Below are positions 19,564 to 32,029 of a stretch of 64,000 nucleotides of DNA, piece by piece (positions within the stretch are counted from its first letter, which is position 1; each line of letters begins with the position of its first letter). The position numbers were made by a program, and so were the translations under genes. The stretch covers positions 82,217 through 146,216 of the forward strand of contig MU005963.1 in NCBI GenBank assembly GCA_010093745.1, in the 5' to 3' direction. Under the pieces are notes generated by a model. The model was given only the letters and a program-made list of their open reading frames with translations, was not told the origin of the DNA and ran no database searches. The stretch is from Piedraia hortae CBS 480.64. Its lineage: Eukaryota.

Positions 19564-22440
19564 CTACCATCTCTTCTTCTTCTCCTTCTTTCCTGCATTA
19601 GGGGACTTAACATCCGCGAGGATGGCATCAAACGTGCGGGATGTATCGACGAGGTGCATGCTTCTGGGGCGGGGCATGCCTCTTAGACTAGAAGCTTCGC
19701 CGGTCCAGTCCGCTCCCGGAGTGAGGGGAAGAGGAGGGACCATGAATTCGTCGGGGGCTACTCCGGCTGGGAGAGGGAGGGCTTCGAGACCTATTCCAAA
19801 GGAACTCATTCGTTTGGAGGCTGCGCCCATGGAGCGGGGGCGTGAAGCTGAGCGGATGCGAGGCGGAGGTGGGAGGTCCCCTTCAATGTCTGGGGGGCTA
19901 GGTTCGTCCATGGAACCCCCGGGGTTGACGTCGTATTCGTTGCCGTCTTGGCTGTTTGGCGGGATGAGACCTGCTTCTTCAACCCATTTTTCGGCTTGGA
20001 CCCAACAGTGGCTTCGTCGGAAGACGCCTTCGACGCCGTGCTCGACCAGGTCGGAGGGGAGGCTGACCACGCCGCCGCCTTCGCCTACGGCAAACCAGGT
20101 TCGGCGTTGTCCGCCTACGCCGTCTTGGCCGGGGGCTTTGGTCATTGCCCAGGGGACGCCGGAGCGAGGAGGCGCGCAGAGGAAGTATTCCACTTTTTCG
20201 CCGTAGCGGATGCCCGGCGCGTCGACGACAAGCATGGGGAGGGCTTGGATGACTACGTACATGAACAGCCATTGCCCGATGCGAAGGTCACGCATCTGGC
20301 TGACGTTGCATGATTTCGCAGCTCGACGCTCCATCTCGCGGAAGGCGTTGAGGAAAGGGTTGTTGGCCGTTGCGGCTTCGACGTCAGCGTTCCGGGCAGC
20401 ACGTAGAATAGCCGCAACCTCGTCCTCTTTCAGCTTCTTGGACCGAGCCTTTGCATCCTTCTTAGGGTCGCCCCGTCCATAATCTGGCCGCGTGGTGTGC
20501 AGGGTAGGCAGCAGGGGAAGGTCAAAGGGAATGGGCGGTTTTACAGGAGGCATGCTGCGGTCATACTCGGACAAGACAGCACGAAGAGCACGAATGGCAG
20601 GCTCCTCGCGGTGGCCCTCTGTATCTACACCGTCCACCGTCCGCGTCGTCAGCTGGGTTCGATCGACGAGCAAATCATACATGGCGCTCATGTCATCGTA
20701 CAGCTCCCGACAAACGGCACGATTGAGACCAGACGTCTCCAGATGATTCTTCTTGCTGCTGGCCCGCGGCGGCCAGTGACCGTAGCGACGATTCAGCAGG
20801 GCAATCATCCATTTCCGCATGCCAAACCAGGCATTCTTCCATTCATCAAACCGCACTCCCTCCTTGCGCTCTTCAGACACCTTGCTGTTCATGAGGCCGG
20901 TGAACAGGGATGGCAGCTCGAAATTGGTCAAAATCAGCCTGATTGAGGCCACCCTCTTCTCCAGATCCATGGCAGCTCGCGTCAGCCGGTTCTGCGTAAT
21001 CGACGACATGAGCGAGAACTTGGGGCTACGCATGGCTATAATATCGTCGTACTTGCCCACAGCATGGGTAAAAGCCTCGTTGTAGAGCAAAACACTGCGC
21101 ATGCGTTCACCCAGCACGACGCCCTCTATCGTCTTCTCCCGGCTACCGCGTACATCAGCGAGGCCTATCTCGTCGACGTATTCGTTAAAGCTGTGGTCTG
21201 CTACCTCGCCGAATGTGCTGCCATCGACGTTGGTGAATCCATACGTCTTGAGAATGCCGGCAATGGAGAGGAAGATCTGGAAGAAGCTGCTTTTCCGATC
21301 CGTGGCCACAAGCGACTGGCCGGAAAGAAAAGCAAAGAAATTACGGACATCAACAAGGATCTGAAAGTCTTCGGCTGCCTGATCCTGCACCGGTTGGCCC
21401 GTTGTTCCCTTGCGCGTGGAGCGGACCGGAGTATTTGGACGCGAATTAATCGACGGCACTTCGCCGCTGAGCTTGATGGGAAGGTAGAGGTGGGTTTCTT
21501 GAGTGTTGTCGGTGAGGCTGGCAGTGCGGGCGTGCGAGGCCTGCGACGCACCGGAGCTGACGGTGCCGCCTTTCACCAGCTTATCAAGGTCGTTAACAGA
21601 GAGATTCTTCTGTCTCGGATCCTCGCCTTGGCTGTACAACCTCCCAAAAGCAAGACGGGTCAGCACTGGAGAGCTGGCTAGCAGCGCACTGTCTATTTTA
21701 AAACTGGCGCCAGTGCCTGTATTGCGCGGGAAGAGATAAACGTAGCAATTTCCGCCCTCTTCGTCCCACAGCTCCGTCATTGGCAGTCCAGACAACAGCG
21801 CCTCGTGGTCGTACGCCATCTTCTGTTGGTGACCGGCAATCCATGCCTGCGGGCCGCTCGGCTGTTCCTCGTCTTCCTTTTTGATGCGACCAAAGAAGCT
21901 CCGGCGCTTCATCGACTTGTCCATACCGGATGTTCCCGGACGGCTGGACGAGCGGGTGCGTACAGGCGATAACTCGGGAACCTGCAGCGTCGGCGTGTCG
22001 GTGCGACTGAGGCGCTTTGGAGTTGCTGGCCGGCTGAAATTTTGTGACGAAACCGTACGGAGGAAAGAGTCACCGCCAGTGTCGCGAGACCGCGGGGACT
22101 CCCGCGGGCTGTTGACCATCGGCAGCGCCGTCAGGCTGTCTGCCGCGTCTGTGTCTTGATGCTGTGGCAGCGGCAGCTGCGGCGGGTGCTGCGACACTTG
22201 ACTTGTCGGCGGCAGCGGCGGTGGCGATTTGCGCAAGAGGCTCCGCATGCCCGGAGACTTTGAGCGCGGCCGAACCGCATCTGACGGCGCCAAACTGTTG
22301 GAATCGGCCGGGGGGCTGAGGAGGGGGTCATTGGACACCAGACCAAAGCTGAGGATGTTGCTCAGTCTCCGGGACTTTTTGACCGCCGCCCGACCGCTTG
22401 CAGCGTCGTTTGCGGCGCGACTCCCGGATTCTGCCATCAT
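19564..22440 (-). CDS. Conserved fungal hypothetical protein (about 960 aa; disordered Ser/Pro-rich ends, globular core)
   Basis: Long intronless ORF with GC3 codon bias; core motifs ELWD..GNCYVYLFP, EAFTHAVG, YGHWPP and GVEGVFRRSHCW. Confidence 0.8.
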   Translation of the reverse strand: MMAESGSRAANDAASGRAAVKKSRRLSNILSFGLVSNDPLLSPPADSNSLAPSDAVRPRSKSPGMRSLLRKSPPPLPPTSQVSQHPPQLPLPQHQDTDAADSLTALPMVNSPRESPRSRDTGGDSFLRTVSSQNFSRPATPKRLSRTDTPTLQVPELSPVRTRSSSRPGTSGMDKSMKRRSFFGRIKKEDEEQPSGPQAWIAGHQQKMAYDHEALLSGLPMTELWDEEGGNCYVYLFPRNTGTGASFKIDSALLASSPVLTRLAFGRLYSQGEDPRQKNLSVNDLDKLVKGGTVSSGASQASHARTASLTDNTQETHLYLPIKLSGEVPSINSRPNTPVRSTRKGTTGQPVQDQAAEDFQILVDVRNFFAFLSGQSLVATDRKSSFFQIFLSIAGILKTYGFTNVDGSTFGEVADHSFNEYVDEIGLADVRGSREKTIEGVVLGERMRSVLLYNEAFTHAVGKYDDIIAMRSPKFSLMSSITQNRLTRAAMDLEKRVASIRLILTNFELPSLFTGLMNSKVSEERKEGVRFDEWKNAWFGMRKWMIALLNRRYGHWPPRASSKKNHLETSGLNRAVCRELYDDMSAMYDLLVDRTQLTTRTVDGVDTEGHREEPAIRALRAVLSEYDRSMPPVKPPIPFDLPLLPTLHTTRPDYGRGDPKKDAKARSKKLKEDEVAAILRAARNADVEAATANNPFLNAFREMERRAAKSCNVSQMRDLRIGQWLFMYVVIQALPMLVVDAPGIRYGEKVEYFLCAPPRSGVPWAMTKAPGQDGVGGQRRTWFAVGEGGGVVSLPSDLVEHGVEGVFRRSHCWVQAEKWVEEAGLIPPNSQDGNEYDVNPGGSMDEPSPPDIEGDLPPPPRIRSASRPRSMGAASKRMSSFGIGLEALPLPAGVAPDEFMVPPLPLTPGADWTGEASSLRGMPRPRSMHLVDTSRTFDAILADVKSPNAGKKEKKKRW

Positions 22441-23334
22441 ATACAGAACGGTAGAGGCCAACGAGGCATAGAGAGCGGGACAAAGTCAGGGGAATGACCA
22501 AAAGTAAAGTATGAAAAAGGCAAAAAAGGAAAACTAAAAGGAAAAGGAGTCGATTCCTACCGCCTCTGGTAAGATTGTGGAGCTGTCCTGCCTGAAAAGG
22601 CAGAGTTTACGCTGGTTATTGACGTGGAATAAGGGTTGATCTAGCGTCTTGTCATCTGTAGCTGCAAGGCAACGTGCAGGCAACATCTGTTCGTAAAAGC
22701 CATCCTGCTGCCGCCTCTAGCCGAGGCTGAGAATAGCAACGTGTTCCAAGGCTGCGGATTGACAGACGCAAGTCACACGCAACGTGTTGATGACGCTGTC
22801 CAATCAACGTTGTGCCCTTTTCCACGCGGCTTCAAGTGAGCCAATCAGGTAAGCGAAGACATGGTCATGCTCTGAATTTCCCCCATCTCTGCATAGCCTT
22901 CTACAATCCAATTTCCGTGGAAACAAATGCAAATCCTAAAAGAGCGAAATGTCTGAGAGACGCCGCTGCCACTCCGGAGCCGTGGCATCCGGCCTTCCGT
23001 GAACAGCGACCGGGCGAAATGCCGCCGTTCGCTTCGGCGTGGACCCCTTCCCCTGTCAAACCCCAGATGCAGCTTAGCGTCGGATCCGGCCGATGCCTGC
23101 TTGACGTCACGTCATCGTTTTTGTCCAGATGTTAGGATTTCACCGATTTGGACGTCCTATCGGGAAGTTTGCACCGACGTTCCATTGTAAGCTGTGAATT
23201 GCAATGCCGAAGACATTCATAATGGACGTAAAGATCTTACAAACTACGAGTAAAGTAGCATCTAGCCCGAGCATTCTAGAAAACGCCTCAAACGCCGTTG
23301 AAACTCCTGCCCATATCTCTCAGATTTCGTACGG

Positions 23335-25656
23335 TCATTGATGAGTAGCGTAATAAGCAATGGTATCGCCAAACACGTTGCGGTTGTCCTTGCCGAAGAC
23401 GGTACCCGTACTGTCATCGAGGATCATATGCACCGACGCCTTGGTCGTGAGCGTATAGGCGTGAACGTCGCTCTGTTGGAAGCGCACCATGTTCAGCTGG
23501 CAGTTGTGTTTTCCTACGCACTCTTGCTGGTAGTTGTTGAAGAAGCTGTAGAAACCGGCCGCGTAGATGTAGACTCCTTGGCTGTTAACCACCCTGAGAC
23601 CCCAGGCTTCCTTGCAAGGGACGCCGTCCTGGCCAACGTCGCCGTACTGGCAGACAGCAAAGGTTGGGTCGTCGTAGTCGCTGTTGTAGCCAGGAAGGGG
23701 GTGGGGGAAAGGAGGAGCTCCGCTTCCCGAGAAATATGGCGTTTCAGTCTGGATGAACCCCGTGAAGATAGCCTTGGCACCGTCGAACTGGTACTGGTAG
23801 AGCATCGAGTGTTCCGAGGCCGAGCCCCAGAGCCAGACGGGGCCTTGAGACCGGATAAGCGCGCCGCGGCCCGAGAAGATGGAGATTTGACGGTTAAGAG
23901 GATCCTCCATGTCGTGGTCGGCTACCCACCACCAGCAGTTGGCAATCATGATGCCGCCCGACTGTGGCGAGGCGTAGAACATGAGGAAAACTCCCTGGCA
24001 CTTCTGGTTTGGATTGGCACCTAGGGTAGTGGGACAGTCCGAGAGTAAGAGCTCGCTGCCGTAGGAGCCGCCGATGCGAACATGCGAGTCCCACATGCCC
24101 GACTTGCCTTGTTCAGACTGCAAATCCCACTGGATCATGATGGCGCCGGGGTTGGGGCCTTGAACCTCGAAGAGCATGTCGCTGATCTCAACCGCCCCCT
24201 TCTGTCCAGGCTTGCCGATTTGCCAGACGGGCTTGGGGTGAGCGGCATCGTTGAAGCCAGTTGCCAAAATGGTAGCCCAGAGCTCGCCCACGATTCGCAC
24301 GTTAGCCGGCACCGATACCGTATTGTCGACCTTGTAGACCCCGTGCTCGAAGTAGGCGATCTTGTTGGATTGCGCGGCATTGTTCAGGAAATTTTGCAGG
24401 CACTGAGTGACAACCGTCCGACCGTCTCCTGCGCAGCCGCCATCGCTAAAGGAGCGAAGGAAGTTGCCGGTGGGTTCGCCCTCGTACTGCGGCTTGGTGC
24501 GGAAGAAGACTTTGCCGTTGGACAGCAGCGACTGGGGCATCTGGGATTTGGCGATGGGGCCCTGGCTGCGCTGCATCTGGTTGGAGTTGACATAAGAATG
24601 ACCGGCGACCCAGGCGTTGATCTGGCCCTTGGCGAGCATCTCGTGGCCGTCAATGTTCATCACCGCAGACGTGGTCCTCGTCATGTCGACGTTGTCGAGG
24701 ACAAGAGAGCCACCGGTAACTGGGACGTTGTTCTCGGTGTGGAAGGCACTGACGATGCCGTACTTGGAGCCAATGCAGCTGTCGGTGAGCAGAACAGAGC
24801 CAACCGTCTGGTTCTGGGGAGAATTCGACATGTTGAGCCCAACCTGGCCGCCATTGACTGTGATGCCGCTAAAAGTCCAGCCCCAGTTCCAGTTCATGAA
24901 GATGGCCGTCTTGCAGTTGTTGAAGGTGAGGTTGTTGGTGGTGAACTGCTGGCTGCCGAGGAACATGCCAATGTTGCCGCCGTTGAAGACGAGATCGCTC
25001 ATCCATCCACCGCTGCCATTGTCCATGAAGATGCCCTGCTGCTGATTGTCACCGTCTTGAGACATCTCAAACACGATATTCTGGAGAGATGTGGCTTGGG
25101 CCGTTTGCCAGTGGATGCCAGCACCAGCCTTGGTTTGACGGAGATCGATGACCAGATTGCGCATTTGACGGAAAAAGTTGTTCTGGTTGATAAAGTAGCT
25201 GACGCCTTGGTCCGTGTACGGGTCGGCATCAAACACAGCCATGCCGCTAAAGTCGGAGCTGGCGACAACGGTAGGCAGATTGTTGGCGTCTCCAATGACT
25301 TGGGTGTAGTACGGCATCACGATTGGCTTGCTGACCTTGTATTGGCCCGGGGGAAAGTAGACAATAGCCTGGCTGGTGGTGGACGAATTGCACTGCTTGA
25401 GGCAGCGGTTGCCGTCTAGCATGGCCTTATTGATGGCCTGGGTATCGTCGCTGCTGCCGTCGCCCTTGGCTCCATATTGTGTGACATCACGGAAGACCTT
25501 GTAGTTGCCGTTTTGGTTGCCCCACATCCAGTGTGTGTTGTGCATTTTGGGGTCGGCCATCCAGTAGTCGGCGGCTGCAGCGCCGGGCGAACCAGCAGGC
25601 AGAGCAGCCGCATTGAGGCCAAAAAGGCTCAGGGCCGCAAGGACCTTGGTAAGCAT
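23335..25656 (-). CDS. Secreted GH55 exo-beta-1,3-glucanase
   Basis: Signal peptide; YKVFRDVTQYGAKGDG, NQNNFFRQMRN, QATSLQN, WWWVADHDME, ASEH and QTETPY motifs; two beta-helix repeats. Confidence 0.95.
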   Translation of the reverse strand: MLTKVLAALSLFGLNAAALPAGSPGAAAADYWMADPKMHNTHWMWGNQNGNYKVFRDVTQYGAKGDGSSDDTQAINKAMLDGNRCLKQCNSSTTSQAIVYFPPGQYKVSKPIVMPYYTQVIGDANNLPTVVASSDFSGMAVFDADPYTDQGVSYFINQNNFFRQMRNLVIDLRQTKAGAGIHWQTAQATSLQNIVFEMSQDGDNQQQGIFMDNGSGGWMSDLVFNGGNIGMFLGSQQFTTNNLTFNNCKTAIFMNWNWGWTFSGITVNGGQVGLNMSNSPQNQTVGSVLLTDSCIGSKYGIVSAFHTENNVPVTGGSLVLDNVDMTRTTSAVMNIDGHEMLAKGQINAWVAGHSYVNSNQMQRSQGPIAKSQMPQSLLSNGKVFFRTKPQYEGEPTGNFLRSFSDGGCAGDGRTVVTQCLQNFLNNAAQSNKIAYFEHGVYKVDNTVSVPANVRIVGELWATILATGFNDAAHPKPVWQIGKPGQKGAVEISDMLFEVQGPNPGAIMIQWDLQSEQGKSGMWDSHVRIGGSYGSELLLSDCPTTLGANPNQKCQGVFLMFYASPQSGGIMIANCWWWVADHDMEDPLNRQISIFSGRGALIRSQGPVWLWGSASEHSMLYQYQFDGAKAIFTGFIQTETPYFSGSGAPPFPHPLPGYNSDYDDPTFAVCQYGDVGQDGVPCKEAWGLRVVNSQGVYIYAAGFYSFFNNYQQECVGKHNCQLNMVRFQQSDVHAYTLTTKASVHMILDDSTGTVFGKDNRNVFGDTIAYYATHQ

Positions 25657-26610
25657 TGTTGATCGTAGAGTGTCCAGCACTGCAGAGTGGTGATAAATCT
25701 ATCCGTTAATGAGTCTGTGTTTCGTCTTGTAAAGAGTGTGTTGCGGTTTGAACTGTGGTGTAAAAGAAGAGCTTGAGAGTAGAAGGGCAGCTTGTTGCAG
25801 GTGCAGTTAAACAATAGTGAACGTGGACGCGACTTGCGCGTGTGACAATGAATGAAGAGAATCAACGACGCAGTCGCTTTGCCCAAGTGAACAAGAAACA
25901 AACGGGTGAAGAGGGGGGTTTAAGAGTAAAAGGAAAGGATACTTACAAAGCGCGTCGTGTTTCAGTTGGCCGGCCCCTTGGTTCGACGGCGTTTCAAGTT
26001 GCAAATCCGCGCTGAGGATGGCCCTTTGACGGCGCCTACAGGTAGTAAATGTATTCTTTCTGCGCCATCTGCGTGACCACGTCCATCATTCGGACGTCGT
26101 CTACCGTCAGCTGGAGCCTGTAATGAAGCCATCGCGCCTGACCACGTTGTTGTGGCCAACGCGGTGAGGTCAAGCGCCCTGCATTCGCCCAACCGCCCAC
26201 CAGCCTCGAACGTCCTGTCGTAGTGACTGGGCGGCAAGGCGCGCGCCTATGACTCTGGAGGTCTAGACACGCCCTAACCCCTGTTCGCTCCATCAATGAA
26301 TTGGAGTCTGGAATTTCTTTACGTCTGAATAACTGGCTGTTAACCTTCTGCCTTCAGACGCCGGCCGCTTCGCTACCGAAAGCCTTGGTCTCCATCATGC
26401 CCCCACATCATGTGGAGTGCGATATAATGCGAAAGTGAGACTGTCTACTGTGATACACCCATTGCCTGTGACCACCTGTTTGTGACAAAGAGCATGTTGT
26501 CTGTTACTCCCAGCCTCCGTTGCCGTTTCCCGTCACATGGTTACACAGCGCACGTCCTTCCCCGCATGACACTTCGGTAGCCAACAAGGCATGTCTCGGA
26601 TTAACACACA

Positions 26611-28285
26611 ATGGAAGACGGCAAAGTATTGACTGCTCAGGCTGAGACGCTTGGGAAGAATAGTGGAACCGCAGTAGATCTTGTTGTTGGTCATCATGTT
26701 ACTTTGACCGAAGAGGAGAATAAACGCATCCGTCGTAAGACAGACAAAACCATACTAACACTTCTAGTATGGGTCTACTTTTTGCAGGTCGGTATTGATC
26801 TGAGACTCGATGTTCGTAGCTCGACATTGACCTCGATAGTAGATTCTTGACAAGACAGTGCTTGGCTATGGAGCAACCTTTGGCCTGCAAAAGTCAACCC
26901 ATCTCAAAGGTAGCCAGTTCTCACTTATTGGCTCTGTTGCCCCAATGGCACAGCTTGGATGGCAACCATTGTCATCATTTCTAATCGTCAAAGTTCCTCC
27001 TCGCATTCTGATGCCGAGTCTCTGTCTTGGTTGGGGCATTGCTCAGGCTGCGATGGCTGCTGCTAATAACTTTGGCGACTTAATTGTCACTAGGTTGTTC
27101 CTTGGTTTGTTTGAGGCTGGATGTCTTCCATTGTTTAGTATCATTACCTCACAGTGGTTTCGACGTGCCGAGCAGCCGCTGCGTGTTGCCGCGTGGTACG
27201 GCACCAATGGCTTGGCTACCATGGCAGCCTCCATCTTGTCGTACGGCTTCGGTCACATCCACTCTGATAGGCTGGAATCCTGGCGAATGTAGGACACTGT
27301 TTCAAGCCAAGACGGCGCTGACGGTCGCAGTATCTTTCTGTTTGTTGGGTTGTTGACCATTGTTTCCGCTCCTTTCGTCTATTGGAGACTGGACAATGAC
27401 ATTCCTTCTGCTCGTTTCCTGACCGAGGATGAGAAACCAAAGGCTGTCGAGAGACTACGTGCCAATCAGACTGGGACTGGTATTCGTAAATTTAAATGGG
27501 CACAGATTGGGGAATTGGTCCTTGATCCAAAGACGTATCTTTGGATCGCCATGTCGCTGCTTCTGAACGTCGGTGCTAGCGTAACCAACACGTTTGGACC
27601 TCTAATCCTCAAAGGATTGGGTTACGATAAATACCGCACAACGCTGCTGAATATACCTTTCGGCTTTTGCCAATGGATCGTCATTTTGATCTCATCTTGG
27701 GCAGCTCAAAGGTTCCGTCTCAAATCTGTCGTCTTGCTTATCATAACCCTGCCTATTGTTGCAGGCGCAGCCATTCTGTACGCCCTTCCTCGAACAAAAT
27801 CAGCTCAACCGGGTCTTCTAGTCGGGTACTACCTCTTGGCCTTCCTTTTCGGCGGGAATCCCTTGGTGGTGGCATGGATTGTCGGTAACACGGCTGGAAC
27901 CACCAAAAAGTCGGCCGTCATGTCCGTCTATAGCGCTGCCTCTGCCGCGGGCAACATTATCGGTCCATTGCTCTTCAACAGTCGAGATGCACCAGAGTAC
28001 TTACCCGGCTTGCGCGCCGTGCTTGGCATTTTCTGTGCGCTGGTTGTGTGCATTGGCCTGCAGGTTGTCGTTCTCAAGTTCTTGAATAAGTTGCAGTCGA
28101 AGAAGAGGGTCAAGAATGGCAAGCCCGCCTATATTAAGGATTACAGCATGGCTCGGGAATACCACGAGGCCGACACTGGCATTCAAGGCCTCATGGATGT
28201 GACGGTAAGTTTATGTCGCCAATTGTTCTAAGTTGACTGACATTTGTAGGACCGCAAGAATGACGAGTTTGTGTACATTTATTAG
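26611..28285 (+). CDS. MFS transporter, allantoate/Dal5 (ACS) family; exons 26611-26787, 26843-27288, 27331-28204, 28250-28285
   Basis: RIRRKTDK, RLFLGLFEAG, WFRRAEQPLR, ARFLTEDEK, NTAGTTKK, GNIIGP and terminal TDRKNDEFVY motifs; three GT-AG introns keep the frame. Confidence 0.92.
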
Positions 28286-29110
28286 CAAATCTTGCGTTGA
28301 CCTGCTGTTGTCTATATGTTGATGTTGGTGGCTGTTCGTAGTGAAAAGCTCTGCTGGACAGGTATAATTCGATCCCTCCTTCCTCGGCCCGCGGTCAGTC
28401 AGTTTGGACCAATAATTTTCTTCTTCGTCTAATGGGGCTCTAACAGCTCATCTTTGATGGGTATCTGCAGCTGGTTTGAGGCCTGCATGGCAGGTTGCAC
28501 CGCACAAAGTCCACATGCAAGCCCCTGAAGTCCGAGGCGAGAGAGCCAAAAGTGGGGGGAACGTTCTACACCTGTCAAAAAGAAACACAATCTGTATTCT
28601 TGTAGACGGCAGCATGAAGGAGGCTTCCCGATAAGTGTACAGTGTTATAAGTAGGGGCGAGGGGAACACTACGTAGCAATTGATACACAGTGGAGCCAGT
28701 GGATATACAGTGTGGCGCCACTATAGGATAGCAGAGGAAACCAAGACCTCGACTATGAACTATGCCGTGCTGGGTCGAGATACAACGATCAAAGACGGGA
28801 CAGTCTACGTCCAGCAAAGTGTCGCTCGCACGATGGACGAGAACGCGAAGAAATAAGTGTGCAAGGGCACTACTAAGTAATCATGAACCTCGCGAGCGAG
28901 GAGGTACCTTCTGGGTCGTTTCCTCGTGTGGCTGTAGGCCAACGAGTGGCTCCTCTAGTGGAGGGGTGTTCATGCTTCGTCCATGTCGCTTGCAATCATC
29001 GTGTCTTTCATCCAAGCGTCGCGAGCGGAACTGTTCCGCCCACAGCGCAACAGCCACCCATCAGGCCAGCCCTGACAGAGGGGACGTTTGATGCGCATTG
29101 AACAGTCCAA

Positions 29111-29767
29111 ATGGCTATCAAGTAAGTGCTGCTGTTCAAATCAGATCCCGCGATTAACATTACCTTAGATACCTTGTCCTGCTCTCCCGCCAGGGCAAAG
29201 TGGTTCGTCGCGAAATCCATCTGATAAACGACTCGTCTAACGATTTAGCGACTCGCCAAGTGGTTTACGACGCTCTCTCCTAAGGATAAGGCCAAGATCA
29301 TCAAGGATGTTTCTCAGCTCGTCCTTGCCCGCCGCACGCGCATGTGCAACTTTCTCGAGTACAAAGGTAAGCGAGTTGATTGGCATCGTGCCCGGCTGAT
29401 CCAGTTCAGACACAAAGGTAGTCTACCGCCGCTACGCCTCATTGTTCTTCATCGCTGCCATCGATCCTACTGATAACGAACTCATCGCCCTCGAGATAAT
29501 GCACCGCTACGTGGAACAAATGGACAGGTTCTTTGGCAATGTCTGCGAGTTGGACATTATCTTCAACTTCCAGAAGGCTTATTTCATTCTGGATGAGCTT
29601 CTATTGGCTGGTGAGCTACAAGAAAGCAGTAAAAAGAATGTTTTACGCGTAATCTCGCAGCAGGACAGCCTGGAGGACATGGAGGTTAGTGACGAATTGT
29701 TTGAACGAACATGAACAATTGCTAACGTGAATAGGTTGAAGAAGATGCCATTACCAGGATAGGATGA
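29111..29767 (+). CDS. APS1: AP-1 adaptor complex sigma subunit (5 exons)
   Basis: Spliced product [21 protein letters not shown]...YRRYASLFF...[22 protein letters not shown]...[10 protein letters not shown]. Confidence 0.95.
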
Positions 29768-29975
29768 GCTCCTAGAGCAGATTAGGAGGCCTAGATTTAA
29801 TGATGCTAGTCTACTACAGGTACGATTATGATTTTAACTATTTGCCGACAGGGAATCCCATGCTCAAGCAAACAACTCCTGCCGCTTCCACGAGGTCAAG
29901 CGGGGGTCTATGACGTCTGCGGGGCAAACAGTTCGCTGTCAAAAAGTTCCGTCCGTCCGTAATCACCCAAACACA

Positions 29976-30538
29976 ATGTCTTCCACCGCGATCCCCACGT
30001 CTACCTCTGTGGAAGTTTCTACCGTCATTCGTGCGCCTCTCTCGCATGTCTGGCACCTGATCAAACTACAGGCGAGCCTCTTACCCATTTCACAGCGAAT
30101 GCCACTAACGCTCGTATTAGGAATTTAACAAGTTCTGGTCCGCACTTTCGCAGTCGGAATTCGTCAAAGGGGCTAGCGATGATACAGACGTCGTCAAGTG
30201 GACCTTCAAGGACGGAACTGTGTTGGAAGTGAAGCAGGAGGAACACAGCTCCATCAACCACTTCGTCACTTATTCAATCATCTCGTCAAAGCCGGAGCTG
30301 TCCTACTCGAGCGTTCTCAGCACGATTCGCTGTTTCCCTGTCACCACTGGCGATTTAGAAAGCTCGACCTTTGTCCAGTGGACTGCTACTTTTAGCTCGG
30401 ATGCCGATGCTGGTGAGTGTATTATGACACCGTCGTATGGCAGCTACTGACGCAAGAATAGGTGTTATCGCAGATGCCAGATACAAGCGTAGCGAAGCTC
30501 TTGCGGATCTGGCCAAGGTGGCTACCTCGTCAAATTAA
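29976..30538 (+). CDS. Bet v1-like / SRPBCC (polyketide cyclase-like) protein; exons 29976-30071, 30121-30412, 30462-30538
   Basis: STVIRAPLSHVWHLIK..F.KFW..TFVQWTATFSSDADAG pattern. The first intron needs a GC donor (CAG|GCGAGC..CTAAC..TAG). Confidence 0.85.
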
Positions 30539-30630
30539 GCGAACCAAAGAAGACGATTGATGACCAAGATTGAGACCAGTTAGTCACTGTACACTTCAAC
30601 GACCATTTCATTCCCATGTTCATGGTATAA

Positions 30631-31149
30631 TCAGTTCTTTTCCCAAGAGGATATGGACTCTTCCCATCCCTCTGAAAACCTCTGTACAACTTCCTTGCCG
30701 TCTTTGAAGCTAGTATGGTCCCAGAAAGCTTTCTGACTCCCAAACATATGCTTCATCACACCCAACTTCTCCTTCACTTTCTCGTTCGCAACAGAAGACT
30801 CATCAATCAGTGCCACGGAAATGCCCACAAATTCCTCATGGCTGAGATATCTCATCCAAATCAAGCTCTTACAATCTATACAGAAGACCCTCTCCCCAGC
30901 TTTTGAAAGATTTGTAAAAGACAATGCTTTGTCCTTCCACTCTAGCGGTAGCTTCCCTTTGATCTCCTGTTTTGTGGTGTTGTCCAAGAAAGTCAGACTT
31001 TCAGGCGAAACGTCGGTGTAGAGTTGATAAGGCCCTCCAGAGATTTTACGGCATTGGACGCAGTGACAAGCCGTCGTTCGTGAGGGCATCTCGTTGCATG
31101 AGACGGAAATGCGACCACAGGCGCAGGTCCCTGAAAACATTCTTGGCAT
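30631..31149 (-). CDS. GFA / CENP-V (Mss4-like) zinc-binding protein
   Basis: GTCACG, CHCVQCRKISG and RVFCIDC motifs; start ATG at 31149 or 31140. Confidence 0.85.
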   Translation of the reverse strand: MPRMFSGTCACGRISVSCNEMPSRTTACHCVQCRKISGGPYQLYTDVSPESLTFLDNTTKQEIKGKLPLEWKDKALSFTNLSKAGERVFCIDCKSLIWMRYLSHEEFVGISVALIDESSVANEKVKEKLGVMKHMFGSQKAFWDHTSFKDGKEVVQRFSEGWEESISSWEKN

Positions 31150-31352
31150 CTTTGGGAACTGCAGATGGGATAGTGAATTCACTTCATCCAACGGGTTTTA
31201 GAAAGCGGGGACAATTAACCCCACAGTGCAAGACATGACGACACAGATTCGAACGCACGAATGCTTGATTTTTGATAACATCCTTGCATACGGGCCAAAA
31301 ACAAAAGGTTTCTCCGTTCAAGAGAAACGAAATCAAAAATAAATCCTTATTG

Positions 31353-31438
31353 TGCCTCCAGGCGGAATTGAACCGCCGATCTTCGCATGATCTTATGTTT
31401 GATACAAGTGCGACGCGTTACCACTGCGCCATAGAGGC
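31353..31438 (-). tRNA. tRNA-Thr(UGU) with a 14-nt intron
   Basis: GCCTCTA/TGGAGGC acceptor stem, D arm, TCGCA-CT-TGT-A[intron]A-TGCGA anticodon arm, GGCGG-TTCAATT-CCGCC T arm. Confidence 0.95.
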
Positions 31439-32029
31439 ATTTGATACTGAACTATGAGAGATATCGATATACATGTTGGTGTCGAAATTGGTCCGAGGAA
31501 CCACCGAGTTCCACTCGTATCTCGCTCCCCTTTGCAGAGCCTTCTGTGAGTTCAGAATGTCACACGAAAGAGTTTTACATGCTTCGAGAATCTCAAGAGC
31601 GATTGTGAGAGAGGATGGAAGAGATACTCAGCTTAGCTGGCAATTACGTCATATGCATGGCACTACCGCTGTTGCAGAAACCGGGATTTGACGAGAACGT
31701 CACTGAAGAATGGCCAATCGCGCGAGTATCGTGGAGCGAAGGATGATGTATACCAACTGATGGGCGGTATCGCTGTTGGTATGATACAGCCTGAACATGT
31801 TTATACTTGAACCCCCACCGATAGTGGTCACTGATCAACTCACCGATCGACGTCATGCTTGTCGTCAAGGCAAAACCGACGAATGACGTCACAGCGCGTG
31901 TCGCGATCTTCGGCGCTAAAAACGCGCGACTCTTCACAACATCGAAGGATTCGCAAACCACCTCGCTCGCTACGACGTGGGGCGTGGCCGTTGTTGCAAT
32001 CACCAACGTTCCAACCACCCACAGATTCG

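Noticed and set aside
24082..25419. 445-aa plus-strand ORF and similar long antisense ORFs (e.g. 32468-33487, 56632-57267, 19622-20206)
   Set aside because: They are shadows of real opposite-strand genes with biased codon usage and have no recognisable domains.
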